Positions 45,289 to 55,819 of a DNA stretch of 64,000 bases are shown here, piece by piece; positions within the stretch are counted from its first letter, which is position 1, and the number at the start of each line of letters is the position of its first letter. The stretch covers positions 64,001 to 128,000 of IMG/VR virus record IMGVR_UViG_3300042484_001840. One strand, 5' to 3'. The DNA is from a virus. The position numbers and the translations under genes were made by a program. Below the pieces are notes generated by a model. The model was not told where the DNA came from. It worked only from the letters and a program-made list of their open reading frames with translations, and did not search any database.

Positions 45289-45654
45289 TTACTCTTTTTT
45301 CTGTTGACTGACAGGTTCCCAACCTTGTTCACAAAAAGAATGATGAAGCGTTTTGAAATGACCGTGTTTACCCTTGCGCATAAGTTCGCCAGGTTTCCCT
45401 GTTACTTCACAAGTTAAAAGGGAGATCCGTTCTGCATTTCGTATTAAGCCATCAATTCGTTCGCTGAATTCAGGATTTGAAGGTGCGTAGTAAAATCGTA
45501 AACCACCAAATTTTTCTTTAATTTGGTAGATCTTATAATCTGGGTCTATTTTGAGAATATCATTATGTAGTCGCTCAATCAGCGGGAACCAACCCTCATC
45601 ACAACTAACTGTTGCGGGAAATGTTGGGTGGAATCTTAGTAAAATATCTTCCAT
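45289..45654 (-). CDS. Conserved phage protein (QIKEKFGGLRFY family)
   Basis: GW..LI...QIKEKFGGLRFY...TCEVTGKPG. Confidence 0.7.
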   Translation of the reverse strand: MEDILLRFHPTFPATVSCDEGWFPLIERLHNDILKIDPDYKIYQIKEKFGGLRFYYAPSNPEFSERIDGLIRNAERISLLTCEVTGKPGELMRKGKHGHFKTLHHSFCEQGWEPVSQQKKE

Positions 45655-45677
45655 AAAATCCTTATCGTTTATTTTGC

Positions 45678-46298
45678 TTAAAAATCATATTGCAAAAAAT
45701 ACCCTGCTGTCTCGTGTAAGCCAACAGAAATTGCTAGATGAAATGTATCTATGTCTTCTGGAATTATACCAGTTTCCATATTTAAAATTTCTTGCGCTTC
45801 GCTAATATATTCATTATTTCTAAGTACAGTAGGGTCTTCCGAATGGACCAAAGCGCCCCATGTAACCTTTTTACCTAATTTTATCTTAAATGGTATAGCG
45901 CATAAATCTATAGTGTCTACATCAACATAATTTATTGTTAAGCATTCATTAACTCCGCTTTTTGGATCAAGAAATGCCTCTACTAGGTTTTTGTCGCGGG
46001 TTAGTTCGGGGTTTTTAGACATATACCCCTCTGCTAGGACGGTGAATGAATCACAATGCCACCCTCGCCTGAGTGCATTATATGCATCGTGCGTGCGCTC
46101 AATCTTTTCATCGTCATCGCTCATAAAAGATGTGTCCATTTGCGCCACGCAAACAAGTTCATCATCGCGCCATCCAAAAATATTCATGGCTAGTTCTTCA
46201 CCGATACCGTGGTCTTTGACAACTTGCGTTTTAGCAGCCTGACCAACAGCGAGTGTCAAACTAATCTTTGAAATAGAATCTGGATATTTTCCCTGCAT
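45678..46298 (-). CDS. Hypothetical protein
   Basis: 206-aa ORF. Confidence 0.6.
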   Translation of the reverse strand: MQGKYPDSISKISLTLAVGQAAKTQVVKDHGIGEELAMNIFGWRDDELVCVAQMDTSFMSDDDEKIERTHDAYNALRRGWHCDSFTVLAEGYMSKNPELTRDKNLVEAFLDPKSGVNECLTINYVDVDTIDLCAIPFKIKLGKKVTWGALVHSEDPTVLRNNEYISEAQEILNMETGIIPEDIDTFHLAISVGLHETAGYFLQYDF

Positions 46299-46378
46299 AT
46301 AGACAACTTAGTAGGAAAATAGTATGGGTGGGGGGAACCTTCCACTAGCGGTCAAAGTAATCCACTAATGTTTCGTTT

Positions 46379-46702
46379 ATGACACAGAGCAATAATCCCA
46401 AAAAGAAGGCAGTAGCCAAAAAAACTACTGTCCCCAAAAAAGCAACAGCAAAGAAAACCAGTCCTTCACTAGCCCCAGCAAAGCGTGGTCGCCCACCGAA
46501 GAAGAAGGCAGAAGAAGTTGTTGAGGAAATCAACAATGCAGTAGATTCAGCACAAGATACTGTTACTGAAATTGTTGAAGAAAAAATTGATCAGGCTTTT
46601 GCCTTGATTGATGATTTGGTTGAATATGTTGTTACACCAGAAAACATCAAAAAGGCAAATCGGGTACAACGATTTTTCCGTTCACTTTTTAAGCGTAAGT
46701 AA
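46379..46702 (+). CDS. Histone-like protein with AT-hook
   Basis: Lys/Ala/Thr-rich N-terminus and KRGRPPKK. Confidence 0.6.
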   Translation: MTQSNNPKKKAVAKKTTVPKKATAKKTSPSLAPAKRGRPPKKKAEEVVEEINNAVDSAQDTVTEIVEEKIDQAFALIDDLVEYVVTPENIKKANRVQRFFRSLFKRK

Positions 46703-46704
46703 AA

Positions 46705-47037
46705 CTATTTAATATTTTTCCCGCACTTCATACAGCGCGTTCCCCACGGAAACCATTTTAGTGTTTCCGCTGGGTGACCACACTCAAGGATGCCTATTGC
46801 CATCTTGTTTGCTGCGTTGCGTAAAAATTCACTGAGAGTAATGTTTTCTTTGTCTGCAGCGCGCTTCCAGTAAGCGTGATCTTCGTCTGTTGTCCTAATT
46901 AAAACTTGTTTTGTAGCAGTAGAACCATCTTCTGCTCCAGTATTAGGCTTGCGAGTGGGCGTAATTGTTTCAGCAACTTTAGCCATGGCTGCTTCTACAT
47001 TGTCAATATTTTCGTCATTCATAAACTGTTTCCTCAT
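46705..47037 (-). CDS. Ribbon-helix-helix-like DNA-binding protein
   Basis: QVLIRTTDEDHAYWKRAADKENITLSEFLR plus a Cys tail. Confidence 0.55.
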   Translation of the reverse strand: MRKQFMNDENIDNVEAAMAKVAETITPTRKPNTGAEDGSTATKQVLIRTTDEDHAYWKRAADKENITLSEFLRNAANKMAIGILECGHPAETLKWFPWGTRCMKCGKNIK

Positions 47038-47653
47038 CGTCGTCTATATCTGCTGTCTGCGCTTCAATTTCCGCAAGGGAAGGCAAAGCCCTAACATTTT
47101 CTCCTAGAATTTGCTTAACCGTATCAGATGGAAGTACTCCAGATAATCCCATAAGTTCAAGAAGTGCTCGCGCCTCTGTCTCGGGGTTAAATTTATTGAT
47201 TTCTGCTGGTCCAGCATTGGAAGTACCAGCAAGAATAGCCCGTGGCAAACTATCTATTGTCTCCACTGTCAGGTTGACGGTCTGTTGCTCCATGCCTAGT
47301 AGTTTTGCTCGCCTGTCCATAATTCCAAGTACCTGTTGTATTGCCTTCAAATCTGGCTCTACGGTAATTTCAGTACCATCATCTAGCGTGGTTTTACGGT
47401 GCTGGGTTAGCGGCCAGATTGCTTGTTGCAATGCGTCTAGTCGCTCTAATTCCATGCGAAGCACTTCGGGATATGCCATTAGTGCTTCTTTATTCATTTT
47501 TTCCAGTTGACGCTTAATAGCAGCATTAACTGATTGGGTCGTAATATTGAAACGCCGACCAATTTCCTGCGGAGAAACACCTGCTTGACGCATCTTGAAA
47601 ATACGCAAATCGCGTTCAGCCAAAAATTCTTTTGTCAAGCCTTTGCTACTCAT
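47015..47653 (-). CDS. HTH DNA-binding protein (possible terminase small subunit)
   Basis: N-terminal HTH (R.AG.S..EI...F); ELERLDALQ...RRAKLLG pattern. Confidence 0.55.
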   Translation of the reverse strand: MSSKGLTKEFLAERDLRIFKMRQAGVSPQEIGRRFNITTQSVNAAIKRQLEKMNKEALMAYPEVLRMELERLDALQQAIWPLTQHRKTTLDDGTEITVEPDLKAIQQVLGIMDRRAKLLGMEQQTVNLTVETIDSLPRAILAGTSNAGPAEINKFNPETEARALLELMGLSGVLPSDTVKQILGENVRALPSLAEIEAQTADIDDDEETVYE

Positions 47654-49365
47654 CAGTCACCTTCTAGGAATTCTAGCACTTCAAACGGAAATACCTTCCC
47701 ACGCTTCATTTTAGTCGGCCATCTACGCTGGTCACGGGCACCTCGGAAGTGTCTGACCTCGTAAACATAGCCATCAACTGATGTTGGATCTGGCTGTAAG
47801 GACAAGCCAAATTCAGGCCAGCGTGACCATACGGCGGAACCAAATGGTCGTAGATCTCTTGATGCCATGGCGCTACCAAGCGGAGCATGATGCTCAAACC
47901 AAAAGGCGCACTTAAAATACTCACGAAGAGTGTCAAAGTATTTAGCAATCTCAATTGCTACCGATTCGCTTGTTCTTCCGCCTGGGTCAATAAATGACTT
48001 ATAAATAGGACCAAGGAATACAATGTCAGGCTTAACTATTTCAAGTTTTTCCTCAATCATCATCCTGTCCTGCATTCTCATCAAGTCAATACCGTCAGGC
48101 TTGATAAGTAGATGGGCATCAGGAACATGCTTATTGCCGTAATGCAATGTCGCATTATAGATATTTCGCGATGTTCGCCTAATGATTCTTTCTGGGTTTT
48201 CCAAGTCAATCATGAGAGTACGCATAGGTGGAATTGCCTCAAAGGTAAAAGGATGCAGACCAGAGGAAACGCAAAGTGCCACCTGTCGTGCAAGCATTGT
48301 TTTTCCAACACCCTCGGCAGCAACAACCATAACTCGCTCGCCACGCTCTAGGAGACCAGGTATAACCCAATCGTATGTATCCGTCTCTGACTCATTAACG
48401 AATTCTCCCCACTCAACTAATCGTCCCTCGTTCTTTACTGCCACCACCTGAGGGTCTAATTCAAGAAGAATTCTTTCAGCACGCTGGATTTTTGCTTGAT
48501 GGGATAAATTATCTTTCTCAAATAATTTGTGAAGTTTGTCTAAGACTGGCGCATATGGATCGTGAGCCTCAGGCTCATCTACCATTTGATCAAAATCACG
48601 CAAGTCCTCAAGTTTCCCGCCACCCTTAAGAAGATCAGTTACATCTTTTACCTTGTCGGCAATTTTAACTGAGACTTGACACTCTGCTTGGATTAATCTA
48701 TTTGAAACATCAATAGCGTGCTTTTTACCAACTTCATCGTTGTCAGCAACTATGACGATCTTTGCACCAGCAAGTGTCTCGGTGTGAATGTCTAGCCATT
48801 TACCAGCACCGCCCGGCATTGTTGTTGCAGGTATTCCCATTTTAATAAGGGTATTTGAGTCCTTTTCACCCTCAACTACCCAAATTGTTTCGTCTGCATC
48901 ACGAGCAGCACAAATCATTGGCAAGTTATATAGGACTTTTTCAATCCCATCAAGATTCATTACCCATTCGCCACTTACTGGGTCTACACGGCGTTGACGG
49001 AATGTTTTTTTACCATCCTCATCAACAAATCTTTGTTTTTGAAATAGTAATTCACCCAAAGCATCACGATAATCGTAAGTTTCTACGAGGGTTAATCTTT
49101 GTTTCTTTTTTGGAATATCTTTCGGTGGCATTAGATCAGAAACTGTCATTCCAACCGACCCACAAATAGTTTCCACATCACACGGAATTCCGCGGTGACA
49201 TGTAACTAGGACGCGACCATCAGTACCTTGACCAATTGAAAGGGATGGGTTTTTATCATCATTTCTACACGGGCATTGTGCTGACCAATTTTGACCGTTT
49301 TGTTTTACGCCATTAAGTTTTGATAGAAATTTCTCTACCTCTGATGAAGTATTTTCCCTTGCCAT
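47653..49365 (-). CDS. DNA primase-helicase (Zn-finger, TOPRIM, RecA-like AAA_25)
   Basis: CPC..DKNPSL, VEGEKD, ADND and AAEGVGKT Walker A. Confidence 0.85.
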   Translation of the reverse strand: MARENTSSEVEKFLSKLNGVKQNGQNWSAQCPCRNDDKNPSLSIGQGTDGRVLVTCHRGIPCDVETICGSVGMTVSDLMPPKDIPKKKQRLTLVETYDYRDALGELLFQKQRFVDEDGKKTFRQRRVDPVSGEWVMNLDGIEKVLYNLPMICAARDADETIWVVEGEKDSNTLIKMGIPATTMPGGAGKWLDIHTETLAGAKIVIVADNDEVGKKHAIDVSNRLIQAECQVSVKIADKVKDVTDLLKGGGKLEDLRDFDQMVDEPEAHDPYAPVLDKLHKLFEKDNLSHQAKIQRAERILLELDPQVVAVKNEGRLVEWGEFVNESETDTYDWVIPGLLERGERVMVVAAEGVGKTMLARQVALCVSSGLHPFTFEAIPPMRTLMIDLENPERIIRRTSRNIYNATLHYGNKHVPDAHLLIKPDGIDLMRMQDRMMIEEKLEIVKPDIVFLGPIYKSFIDPGGRTSESVAIEIAKYFDTLREYFKCAFWFEHHAPLGSAMASRDLRPFGSAVWSRWPEFGLSLQPDPTSVDGYVYEVRHFRGARDQRRWPTKMKRGKVFPFEVLEFLEGD

Positions 49366-49407
49366 AATGTCCTCTTGTTTAGCATAGAACTACTAGAAGG
49401 ACGCAGA

Positions 49408-50085
49408 TTACGGCGCTTTTCTTCCATTAGCAATAAATGAATTATATGTCGCTGGCATTTGTTCGGCAAGGATTTGCTCTAATGCATTGGCATAGTCACG
49501 AATTTCTTTTTGTGCATGCGAGTCTGCCCTTAGTTCAATGAAGTTCATCAAAGAACGAGCATTACATGTTGCGTAGAACTGAGTAAATGTCCCTACAGGA
49601 AGAACAACACGAGCAAGTTCCTTAGCAACACCAAGTTCTAAAAGTAAACGATACGAATCATAAGCATGAAGCATGAGTCCGTTCATTATCTCTGACGCAT
49701 CAACCGCAATATCCTCATTTAGTGGTTCAAAAGAGTAGCGACCAGGTACGCCAACTTGCGTACGAAAATCTTCAATTTCTGGGATAAAAAACTCATCGGT
49801 CATTTCTGCATACCGCGCTGAAAATTCGTTATACGACCAGCCGATTCTGTGACGGAACCATTCTCTTGTTACAAAAATAGGTGCCTTGATATGAAGTCTA
49901 AAAAAGTTATGTTCAAATGGCGTGCCGTGCTGATTTTTTAAAAGATAGTTAATGAGTCCAATGTCTCCATCGGAAATTTCCTCTACGCGCTTTCCAAAAG
50001 ACACTCGCGCACTATTCACAACACTTCTGTCATCAGCCATTACTGCGTCTAGGCGTACAAAACCGCCACCTGCTATTTCAATCAT
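49408..50085 (-). CDS. thyX: Flavin-dependent thymidylate synthase
   Basis: HGTPFEH, RHR-x-SYNEFSARY and HAQKEIR motifs. Confidence 0.95.
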   Translation of the reverse strand: MIEIAGGGFVRLDAVMADDRSVVNSARVSFGKRVEEISDGDIGLINYLLKNQHGTPFEHNFFRLHIKAPIFVTREWFRHRIGWSYNEFSARYAEMTDEFFIPEIEDFRTQVGVPGRYSFEPLNEDIAVDASEIMNGLMLHAYDSYRLLLELGVAKELARVVLPVGTFTQFYATCNARSLMNFIELRADSHAQKEIRDYANALEQILAEQMPATYNSFIANGRKAP

Positions 50086-50339
50086 TTTGATATTGCACTC
50101 ACTCTCCGTGAAACACCTCGTTCTATCGGTGTTTTTCCTCCCCAAATACCAAAAATTTCTTTATTCTCTAAAGCGGACAACAAGCATTGTTCCCTGACTT
50201 TACATATACCGCAAAGTGTTTTTGCCTGAACCATCAACTTACGACTTTCGCGACTGTTCATTTCTTTTGGGTACCACCATTCTTGTGGTTGCCCCTTGCA
50301 CATGGCATCTTTAGCCCAATCGTTATTTTTGAATTCCAT
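50082..50339 (-). CDS. whiB: WhiB-family transcription factor
   Basis: AMC...LCGICKVREQCL...FGIWGG. Confidence 0.9.
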   Translation of the reverse strand: MEFKNNDWAKDAMCKGQPQEWWYPKEMNSRESRKLMVQAKTLCGICKVREQCLLSALENKEIFGIWGGKTPIERGVSRRVSAISK

Positions 50340-50501
50340 TTTGCCTCCTTGGAAATGAAGAATTGATCTTACGCACAATGTTTTTCAATGTCAAGTATTT
50401 GCGATTTAAATATTTACTTTTACTCCGAGAAGGCGCAATCCAATTTTTGTATTCAGGATTATTCGTAAAATCTTTGTACCTGAAATACTGATTGCTATCG
50501 T

Positions 50502-51626
50502 TCACAGTTCCCCAAATAAAGATAACTGTTCTTGCTTTTCGGAATGAGCCTTTACTGCTTCGTTGACTCGCTTATCAATAAGCGTTAAGTATTCAGGGTT
50601 TAACTCTATGGCAACGCCTTTTCTGTCATTCAAAATTGCAACAGCAACAGTTGTTCCAGATCCACCAAAAGGATCAATTACAGTTCCGTCTGGCGGACAA
50701 CCAGCAAGAATGCAAGGTTCAATAAGGTCTGGTGGGAAAGCGGCAAAGTGTGCGCCCTTGTATGGTCGCGTTGCTACTGTCCACACTGATCTTTTATTCT
50801 TGAATTCTCCCGTAGCGCCTGACATGTTATTCATTGCTGTACCACGGCGTGAGTCTTTTCGTGCACCCCTATTATCGCCTGCATAAACTGCTGGCTCTTT
50901 GATTGCGTCAGCATCAAAGTAGTAGTGAGGATTCTTGGATAGTAAGAAAATATACTCGTGCGCTTTTGTGCACCTATCTTTTACAGACTCAGGCATTGGG
51001 TTCGGCTTGTGCCAAATAATGTCTTGGCGTAAATACCAACCATCAGCCTGCAATGCAAGTGCTACTCGCCAAGGAATTCCTACAAGGTCTTTTGGCTTTA
51101 GACCATCGGAAATTCTGTTAGTTATCGTTTCTCGTGGATTGCCAAATCCAGCCCTGCCTCCATTGCTGGCGCGCGAATTATTCCCTGCGTATGAATCACC
51201 AAGATTCAACCAAAGCGTTCCATCATCTTTAAGCACTCGTCGTAGTTCTCTAAATACCAAGACCATTTGCTCAACGAATTCATCGGGGGATTGCTCTAAG
51301 CCAATTTGTTGATCAATTCTAGTTGCTCCGCACAAATGGCAGTTGTCTGATGCTCCGCCCCTATTCGCCACCTCTGGTCGTAGTACTTGAGTCCCACGCT
51401 TTGGGTCGTTCCATTTGGTTGGCATGGAAATTGTATGTTCACAGTCGGGTTCGCCACCTTCCCACTCTGCTGTGCCATAGTCGCGAAGCCCCCAATAGGG
51501 TGGAGAAGTTACACAGCAATTAATGCTTTTTTCTGGCAACAGCGACAATACTTCTCGGCAGTCGCCATTATAAATGCGATATTTCTCGCCCTCTAATGCG
51601 GGTAAAATGTCCAATTTGGTCTCCAA
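50502..51626 (-). CDS. DNA N4-C/N6-A methyltransferase (beta class)
   Basis: TSPPY before DPFGGSGT; IIWHK and HFAAFP motifs. Confidence 0.9.
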   Translation of the reverse strand: METKLDILPALEGEKYRIYNGDCREVLSLLPEKSINCCVTSPPYWGLRDYGTAEWEGGEPDCEHTISMPTKWNDPKRGTQVLRPEVANRGGASDNCHLCGATRIDQQIGLEQSPDEFVEQMVLVFRELRRVLKDDGTLWLNLGDSYAGNNSRASNGGRAGFGNPRETITNRISDGLKPKDLVGIPWRVALALQADGWYLRQDIIWHKPNPMPESVKDRCTKAHEYIFLLSKNPHYYFDADAIKEPAVYAGDNRGARKDSRRGTAMNNMSGATGEFKNKRSVWTVATRPYKGAHFAAFPPDLIEPCILAGCPPDGTVIDPFGGSGTTVAVAILNDRKGVAIELNPEYLTLIDKRVNEAVKAHSEKQEQLSLFGEL

Positions 51627-51708
51627 TAGTTAAGATAAATGTGAAAATACATACAAAAGCAAATATGCTGACGCTACCAAGGCAGTAATTTCTTGCCAGT
51701 CTCGCATT

Positions 51709-52086
51709 TTAGAATCCTTGTGATTTTGCTTCATCAGTTAACGCCTTCCTATAGTCCTGCCACTCTGTAATTGGCGAGATATCAATTTCTGACATCAGAC
51801 TAGGGTCAGTGAATACTAGGCGGTCATAGAGCGCCTGAGATAGGTCTGCAAGCGATTGCGCATGGTCTGTCTCTGTTGAGTACAAAGAAAATCCACTCAC
51901 CGCCATTGCCATCAATACCAAGAGTGAACGGGATGCCGTAGAAATGACCTGAGCGTCTTCTTCAGACATGTTTTCATACTTGCCAATTTTGCCCAGTAGT
52001 GTAGATGTTGCTAGAATATAGTCAACCATGTCTTCATCTGGCGGACGGAATTCAGTATTAAATAAATTCTCTGGAGTATCAGGCAT
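51709..52086 (-). CDS. Hypothetical protein
   Basis: GAGGAG RBS. Confidence 0.55.
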   Translation of the reverse strand: MPDTPENLFNTEFRPPDEDMVDYILATSTLLGKIGKYENMSEEDAQVISTASRSLLVLMAMAVSGFSLYSTETDHAQSLADLSQALYDRLVFTDPSLMSEIDISPITEWQDYRKALTDEAKSQGF

Positions 52087-52427
52087 TACTTGCTCCTCGT
52101 TTGTAGGGTTGAATCTCTAAATGAACCTATTGCCCTCTGAACTAACGAATTAGAAGCCAAGTCTGGGTATATTTTTACACAATTAAAGAGTGCATCAACT
52201 AGTTCTTTATTAATACTAGCAAGATGATCTTGTTCGGTTAGTTTTTTTCTTTTTGCGTAAAACATTCGGCAACAGTAATCAGGGAAGATGCGCTTGTCAA
52301 GCATTTGAATGACTGTAAAAATAAAATTGAAAAATATTCTTACAGAAGTTGCATAATTATTTGACTGTAGGTACTATGTACTCGTGGTTAGAACCACAAC
52401 AACTACAAACATTTAGGAGAAACTATT

Positions 52428-52679
52428 ATGGCAACAGAGTTTGAAAAACTTGCGAGCAGTCCAACTGGGATGCGCCGTGGACGCATTAGTCGTCTTACGG
52501 CGGAACAGAAGGCTGAAAAACTTGTTGAGACAAAGGCAAAGAATCGTCTTCGCAACGAAGCGCGTCGCCGTGCTCACATCGTCTTACAGTATCGCTACCA
52601 GAGCGAATTTGAACAATTGATTGAATCAGAAATGAAGAATTTGATTGCTAACGATCCTCGTTACGCAACAATTTCCTGA
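52428..52679 (+). CDS. Hypothetical basic protein
   Basis: Promoter-like sequence and AGGAG RBS; hairpin at 52700-52721. Confidence 0.6.
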   Translation: MATEFEKLASSPTGMRRGRISRLTAEQKAEKLVETKAKNRLRNEARRRAHIVLQYRYQSEFEQLIESEMKNLIANDPRYATIS

Positions 52680-52773
52680 AAATAAAAAATATGTGGCGGG
52701 AGGCACCCTTCGGGGTGTCTTTTTGCTTTATAAGGTCTAACGGCAAAACCCCGTTGTGATGTACCATCTTTAG

Positions 52774-53079
52774 ATGAGTTATGAAGCCGACAAAAACACA
52801 GAATATGTTCTCGGCAACATAAAAGTCCTCAGGCAAAGTCATGAACCGTGCATTGTTTGTGGACACCCAACAGGAGACTGCTCAACTAGCACATCTCAGC
52901 CTCATCATATTTGGGGGATGACGGAAGTGCCGTCGCTACAAGATACAAACATGATGCTTGTAGAGCATGATGTTATTGAATGGAGACAAATAACGCCATT
53001 CACAAAAGCGAAAGTGATTATTGTTCGTGCTGGACAACAGATACCAGTCTCACGAGCAATAGAACTCGGAATCATCTAG
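52774..53079 (+). CDS. Hypothetical protein
   Basis: CIVCGHPTGDC motif. Confidence 0.55.
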   Translation: MSYEADKNTEYVLGNIKVLRQSHEPCIVCGHPTGDCSTSTSQPHHIWGMTEVPSLQDTNMMLVEHDVIEWRQITPFTKAKVIIVRAGQQIPVSRAIELGII

Positions 53080-53162
53080 TCTGTCCGTTAAACCAACGAG
53101 CAGACGAAAGATTTTTTGACTCTGCTTTATAACATCAACCAAAAACATAGAAAGAAAAAAAA

Positions 53163-55091
53163 GTGGCTCACATTAGCGACCAATTTGTATCAAAGTACGC
53201 AGCACAGCAAGCACCTTGGGGATTCGGTGGACTTGGAGAAATTGTTTATCTCCGAACCTACAGTCGTCGTATTGAAGAAATTGATCGTAATGAAATGTGG
53301 CATGAAACAATTCAGCGCGTCATCAATGGTGCCATTGAAATTGGAGTTCCATATACGCAAGAAGAAGCAGAAGTTTTATTTGACCACATGTTCAATCTTC
53401 GTTGCTCATTTTCTGGTCGCGCATTGTGGCAACTAGGAACGCCATTAGTCAAGCAATTCAACGCCGCTTCGCTTAACAATTGTTACTTTGTAAACATTGA
53501 ATCTGTTAACGATTTTGAATTTCTTTTTGATCACTTGATGCTTGGCGGTGGAGTTGGTTTCTCTGTTGAACGAGCAAAAATTCACGAATTGCCAAAAGTT
53601 AAAAGCAATGTGAAGATTTCGCATGAGCGAACAAACGATGCCGACATCATTGTTCCAGACTCGCGTCAAGGATGGAGCAGACTTCTTCATTCCGTATTGA
53701 AGTCATACTTTGAAACAGGAAAATCTTTTACTTATTCAACAATTCTTGTTCGTGAATTTGGCGCTCCACTAAAGAAGTTTGGTGGCACAGCATCAGGACC
53801 GGGCGCTCTTATTGATGGCGTTACCGACATCTGTAAGGTCATGGAAAATCGCGCTGGCAAGAAGTTGCGTTCAGTTGATGTGTTGGATATTTGTAACATC
53901 ATTGGTCGTATTGTTGTTTCAGGTTCATCGCGCCGTTCAGCGCAAATTGCAATCGGAGACCCCGACGATGTTTTGTTCCTTCGTGCAAAGAACTGGTCAT
54001 CAGGAACTGTTCCAGCATGGCGAGCAAATAGCAACAACAGTATTTATGCCGATGCGTGGGACGAAATTCTTCCCGAAGTATGGAAAGGCTATGACGGTTC
54101 TGGTGAGCCGTATGGTCTCGTAAATCGCAAGTTGGCTCGTACCGTTGGTCGTTTGGGCGAGAAGCACGCAGACCCATCAATTGAGGGATACAACCCTTGT
54201 GCAGAAATCGCACTTGGCGATGGTGAGTCGTGCAACCTTGCAACACTTTTCTTGCCCAATGTTGAATCACTTGAGCAGATGAAAGAAATCTCTCGCTTGC
54301 TTTACATGTGCCAAAAGCAAATTACTCGTCTTGAGTACCCATACGAAAAGACCAATAAGATTGTTGCAAAGAATGCTCGCCTAGGTCAGTCAATCACTGG
54401 AATTCTTCAGTGTGATGAAGAGCACCTTTCATGGTTGTCGCCAACATACGACTATCTGCGTTCAGTAGATAAAGAGTACTCAAAAGAGCACGGCTTCCCC
54501 GAGAGTATTCGCTTAACGACTGTTCAGCCATCAGGAACATTGGCACTCTTGCCTGGTAATACGCCTGGTATTCACCCCGCTTATGCCCGTTACTACATTC
54601 GCCGTGTTCGTTTCGGTGCATCAGATCCACTAGTTGATGCCTGTCGTCGCCGTGGATATGCCGTGAAGTGGGATGTCGGTCTTGATGGACGCGAAGACCA
54701 CACTCGTTATGTGGTTGAGTTCCCAGCAGAGTCGCCAGAGAACGCTGTCCTCGCTAAGGACATGACTGCCGTTGAGCAGTTGGAATGGGTAAAGAAGATG
54801 CAGACCGAATGGGCGGACAACGCCGTATCAGTAACGGTCTATTACCGCAAGGAAGAACTTCCGTCCATTAAAGAATGGCTTGCATCTAACTACACGAATT
54901 CAGTGAAGTCAGTTTCATTCCTTCTCCACAGTGACCACAACTTCCCACTTCCCCCTTATGAGGAAATCACCAAGGATGTTTACGACAAGATGCTTTCAAA
55001 GGTTGATTATTCATTACCCTTGGTTTTGATCGCTTCGGGAACCGAGTTGGACGATACTGACTGCGCTACTGGCGCTTGTCCAATCCGCTGA
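53163..55091 (+). CDS. nrdJ: Class II (adenosylcobalamin-dependent) ribonucleotide reductase
   Basis: NNC, GGGVG, NPCAE, ESCNL and TVQPSGT motifs; C-terminal CATGACPIR. Confidence 0.92.
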   Translation: MAHISDQFVSKYAAQQAPWGFGGLGEIVYLRTYSRRIEEIDRNEMWHETIQRVINGAIEIGVPYTQEEAEVLFDHMFNLRCSFSGRALWQLGTPLVKQFNAASLNNCYFVNIESVNDFEFLFDHLMLGGGVGFSVERAKIHELPKVKSNVKISHERTNDADIIVPDSRQGWSRLLHSVLKSYFETGKSFTYSTILVREFGAPLKKFGGTASGPGALIDGVTDICKVMENRAGKKLRSVDVLDICNIIGRIVVSGSSRRSAQIAIGDPDDVLFLRAKNWSSGTVPAWRANSNNSIYADAWDEILPEVWKGYDGSGEPYGLVNRKLARTVGRLGEKHADPSIEGYNPCAEIALGDGESCNLATLFLPNVESLEQMKEISRLLYMCQKQITRLEYPYEKTNKIVAKNARLGQSITGILQCDEEHLSWLSPTYDYLRSVDKEYSKEHGFPESIRLTTVQPSGTLALLPGNTPGIHPAYARYYIRRVRFGASDPLVDACRRRGYAVKWDVGLDGREDHTRYVVEFPAESPENAVLAKDMTAVEQLEWVKKMQTEWADNAVSVTVYYRKEELPSIKEWLASNYTNSVKSVSFLLHSDHNFPLPPYEEITKDVYDKMLSKVDYSLPLVLIASGTELDDTDCATGACPIR

Positions 55092-55800
55092 TAACAGTTT
55101 CAATAAATGTGTTGACCACTTGCTCAATTGCTTGTTCTAGCGGTTGAAGCAAGTGGGATACACCTTTTATTTGCGTAACTGGCTTTCCCCAGACATGATT
55201 GTCTGCCGTAATAAGAGAAACTTCTAGTTCTTTGGGGAATTCTTCGGTATCTAAAACAAATGCCGTTGAGTTTGAGTAGCAGATACCAAAAAGGACAGTT
55301 CTTTGCGACATTAGTTTCTTAAATTTGTCATCTCTAATATCGCATTTGTTGTGCGTTTTCCAGTGCGTTTTCAGATCAGTAACTAATTCAAGATTTCTTA
55401 TAAATTTATTAAATCCAAATGTAAAGTCTGCACTTGAACTAACACTTGCACCTTTTAGAAAAACACGATTTTTATCTGCTCCATGCGTTCTTAGTGGAAG
55501 CCCTGCGTCCTTGAATTGTATGGCTATTGCATCCTCGCAGAGCCAACCAAGAGCAATGTCCGTTGCGTACTCCACTGGCGTACGAGTATCCCTATTATGA
55601 GAAAGACTTTGCGATCCAAGTATTGAATCTATATAAGCCTGTGTTTTTTCGCTAACTTGGCTATTGACAAGTTCATAAAATACTTCAGACTTGATAATGT
55701 CGCTATTTGGAAATGTTTCATTTTCGTATTCAGATAATAATGAAGACATATCTATTTGAGAACGCTCAAGAAATTGTGTAAAAATTTTAGTACTGTTCAT
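55066..55800 (-). CDS. PD-(D/E)xK restriction-endonuclease-like protein
   Basis: GWLCED...ADF...LEL pattern; tentative. Confidence 0.4.
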   Translation of the reverse strand: MNSTKIFTQFLERSQIDMSSLLSEYENETFPNSDIIKSEVFYELVNSQVSEKTQAYIDSILGSQSLSHNRDTRTPVEYATDIALGWLCEDAIAIQFKDAGLPLRTHGADKNRVFLKGASVSSSADFTFGFNKFIRNLELVTDLKTHWKTHNKCDIRDDKFKKLMSQRTVLFGICYSNSTAFVLDTEEFPKELEVSLITADNHVWGKPVTQIKGVSHLLQPLEQAIEQVVNTFIETVISGLDKRQ

Positions 55801-55819
55801 TTTCTACTCTCGTTCGCCC

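Noticed and set aside
53163-55091. Intein or intron in nrdJ (also checked SNF2 and primase)
   Set aside because: Lengths are typical, and no intein termini or homing-endonuclease motifs were seen.
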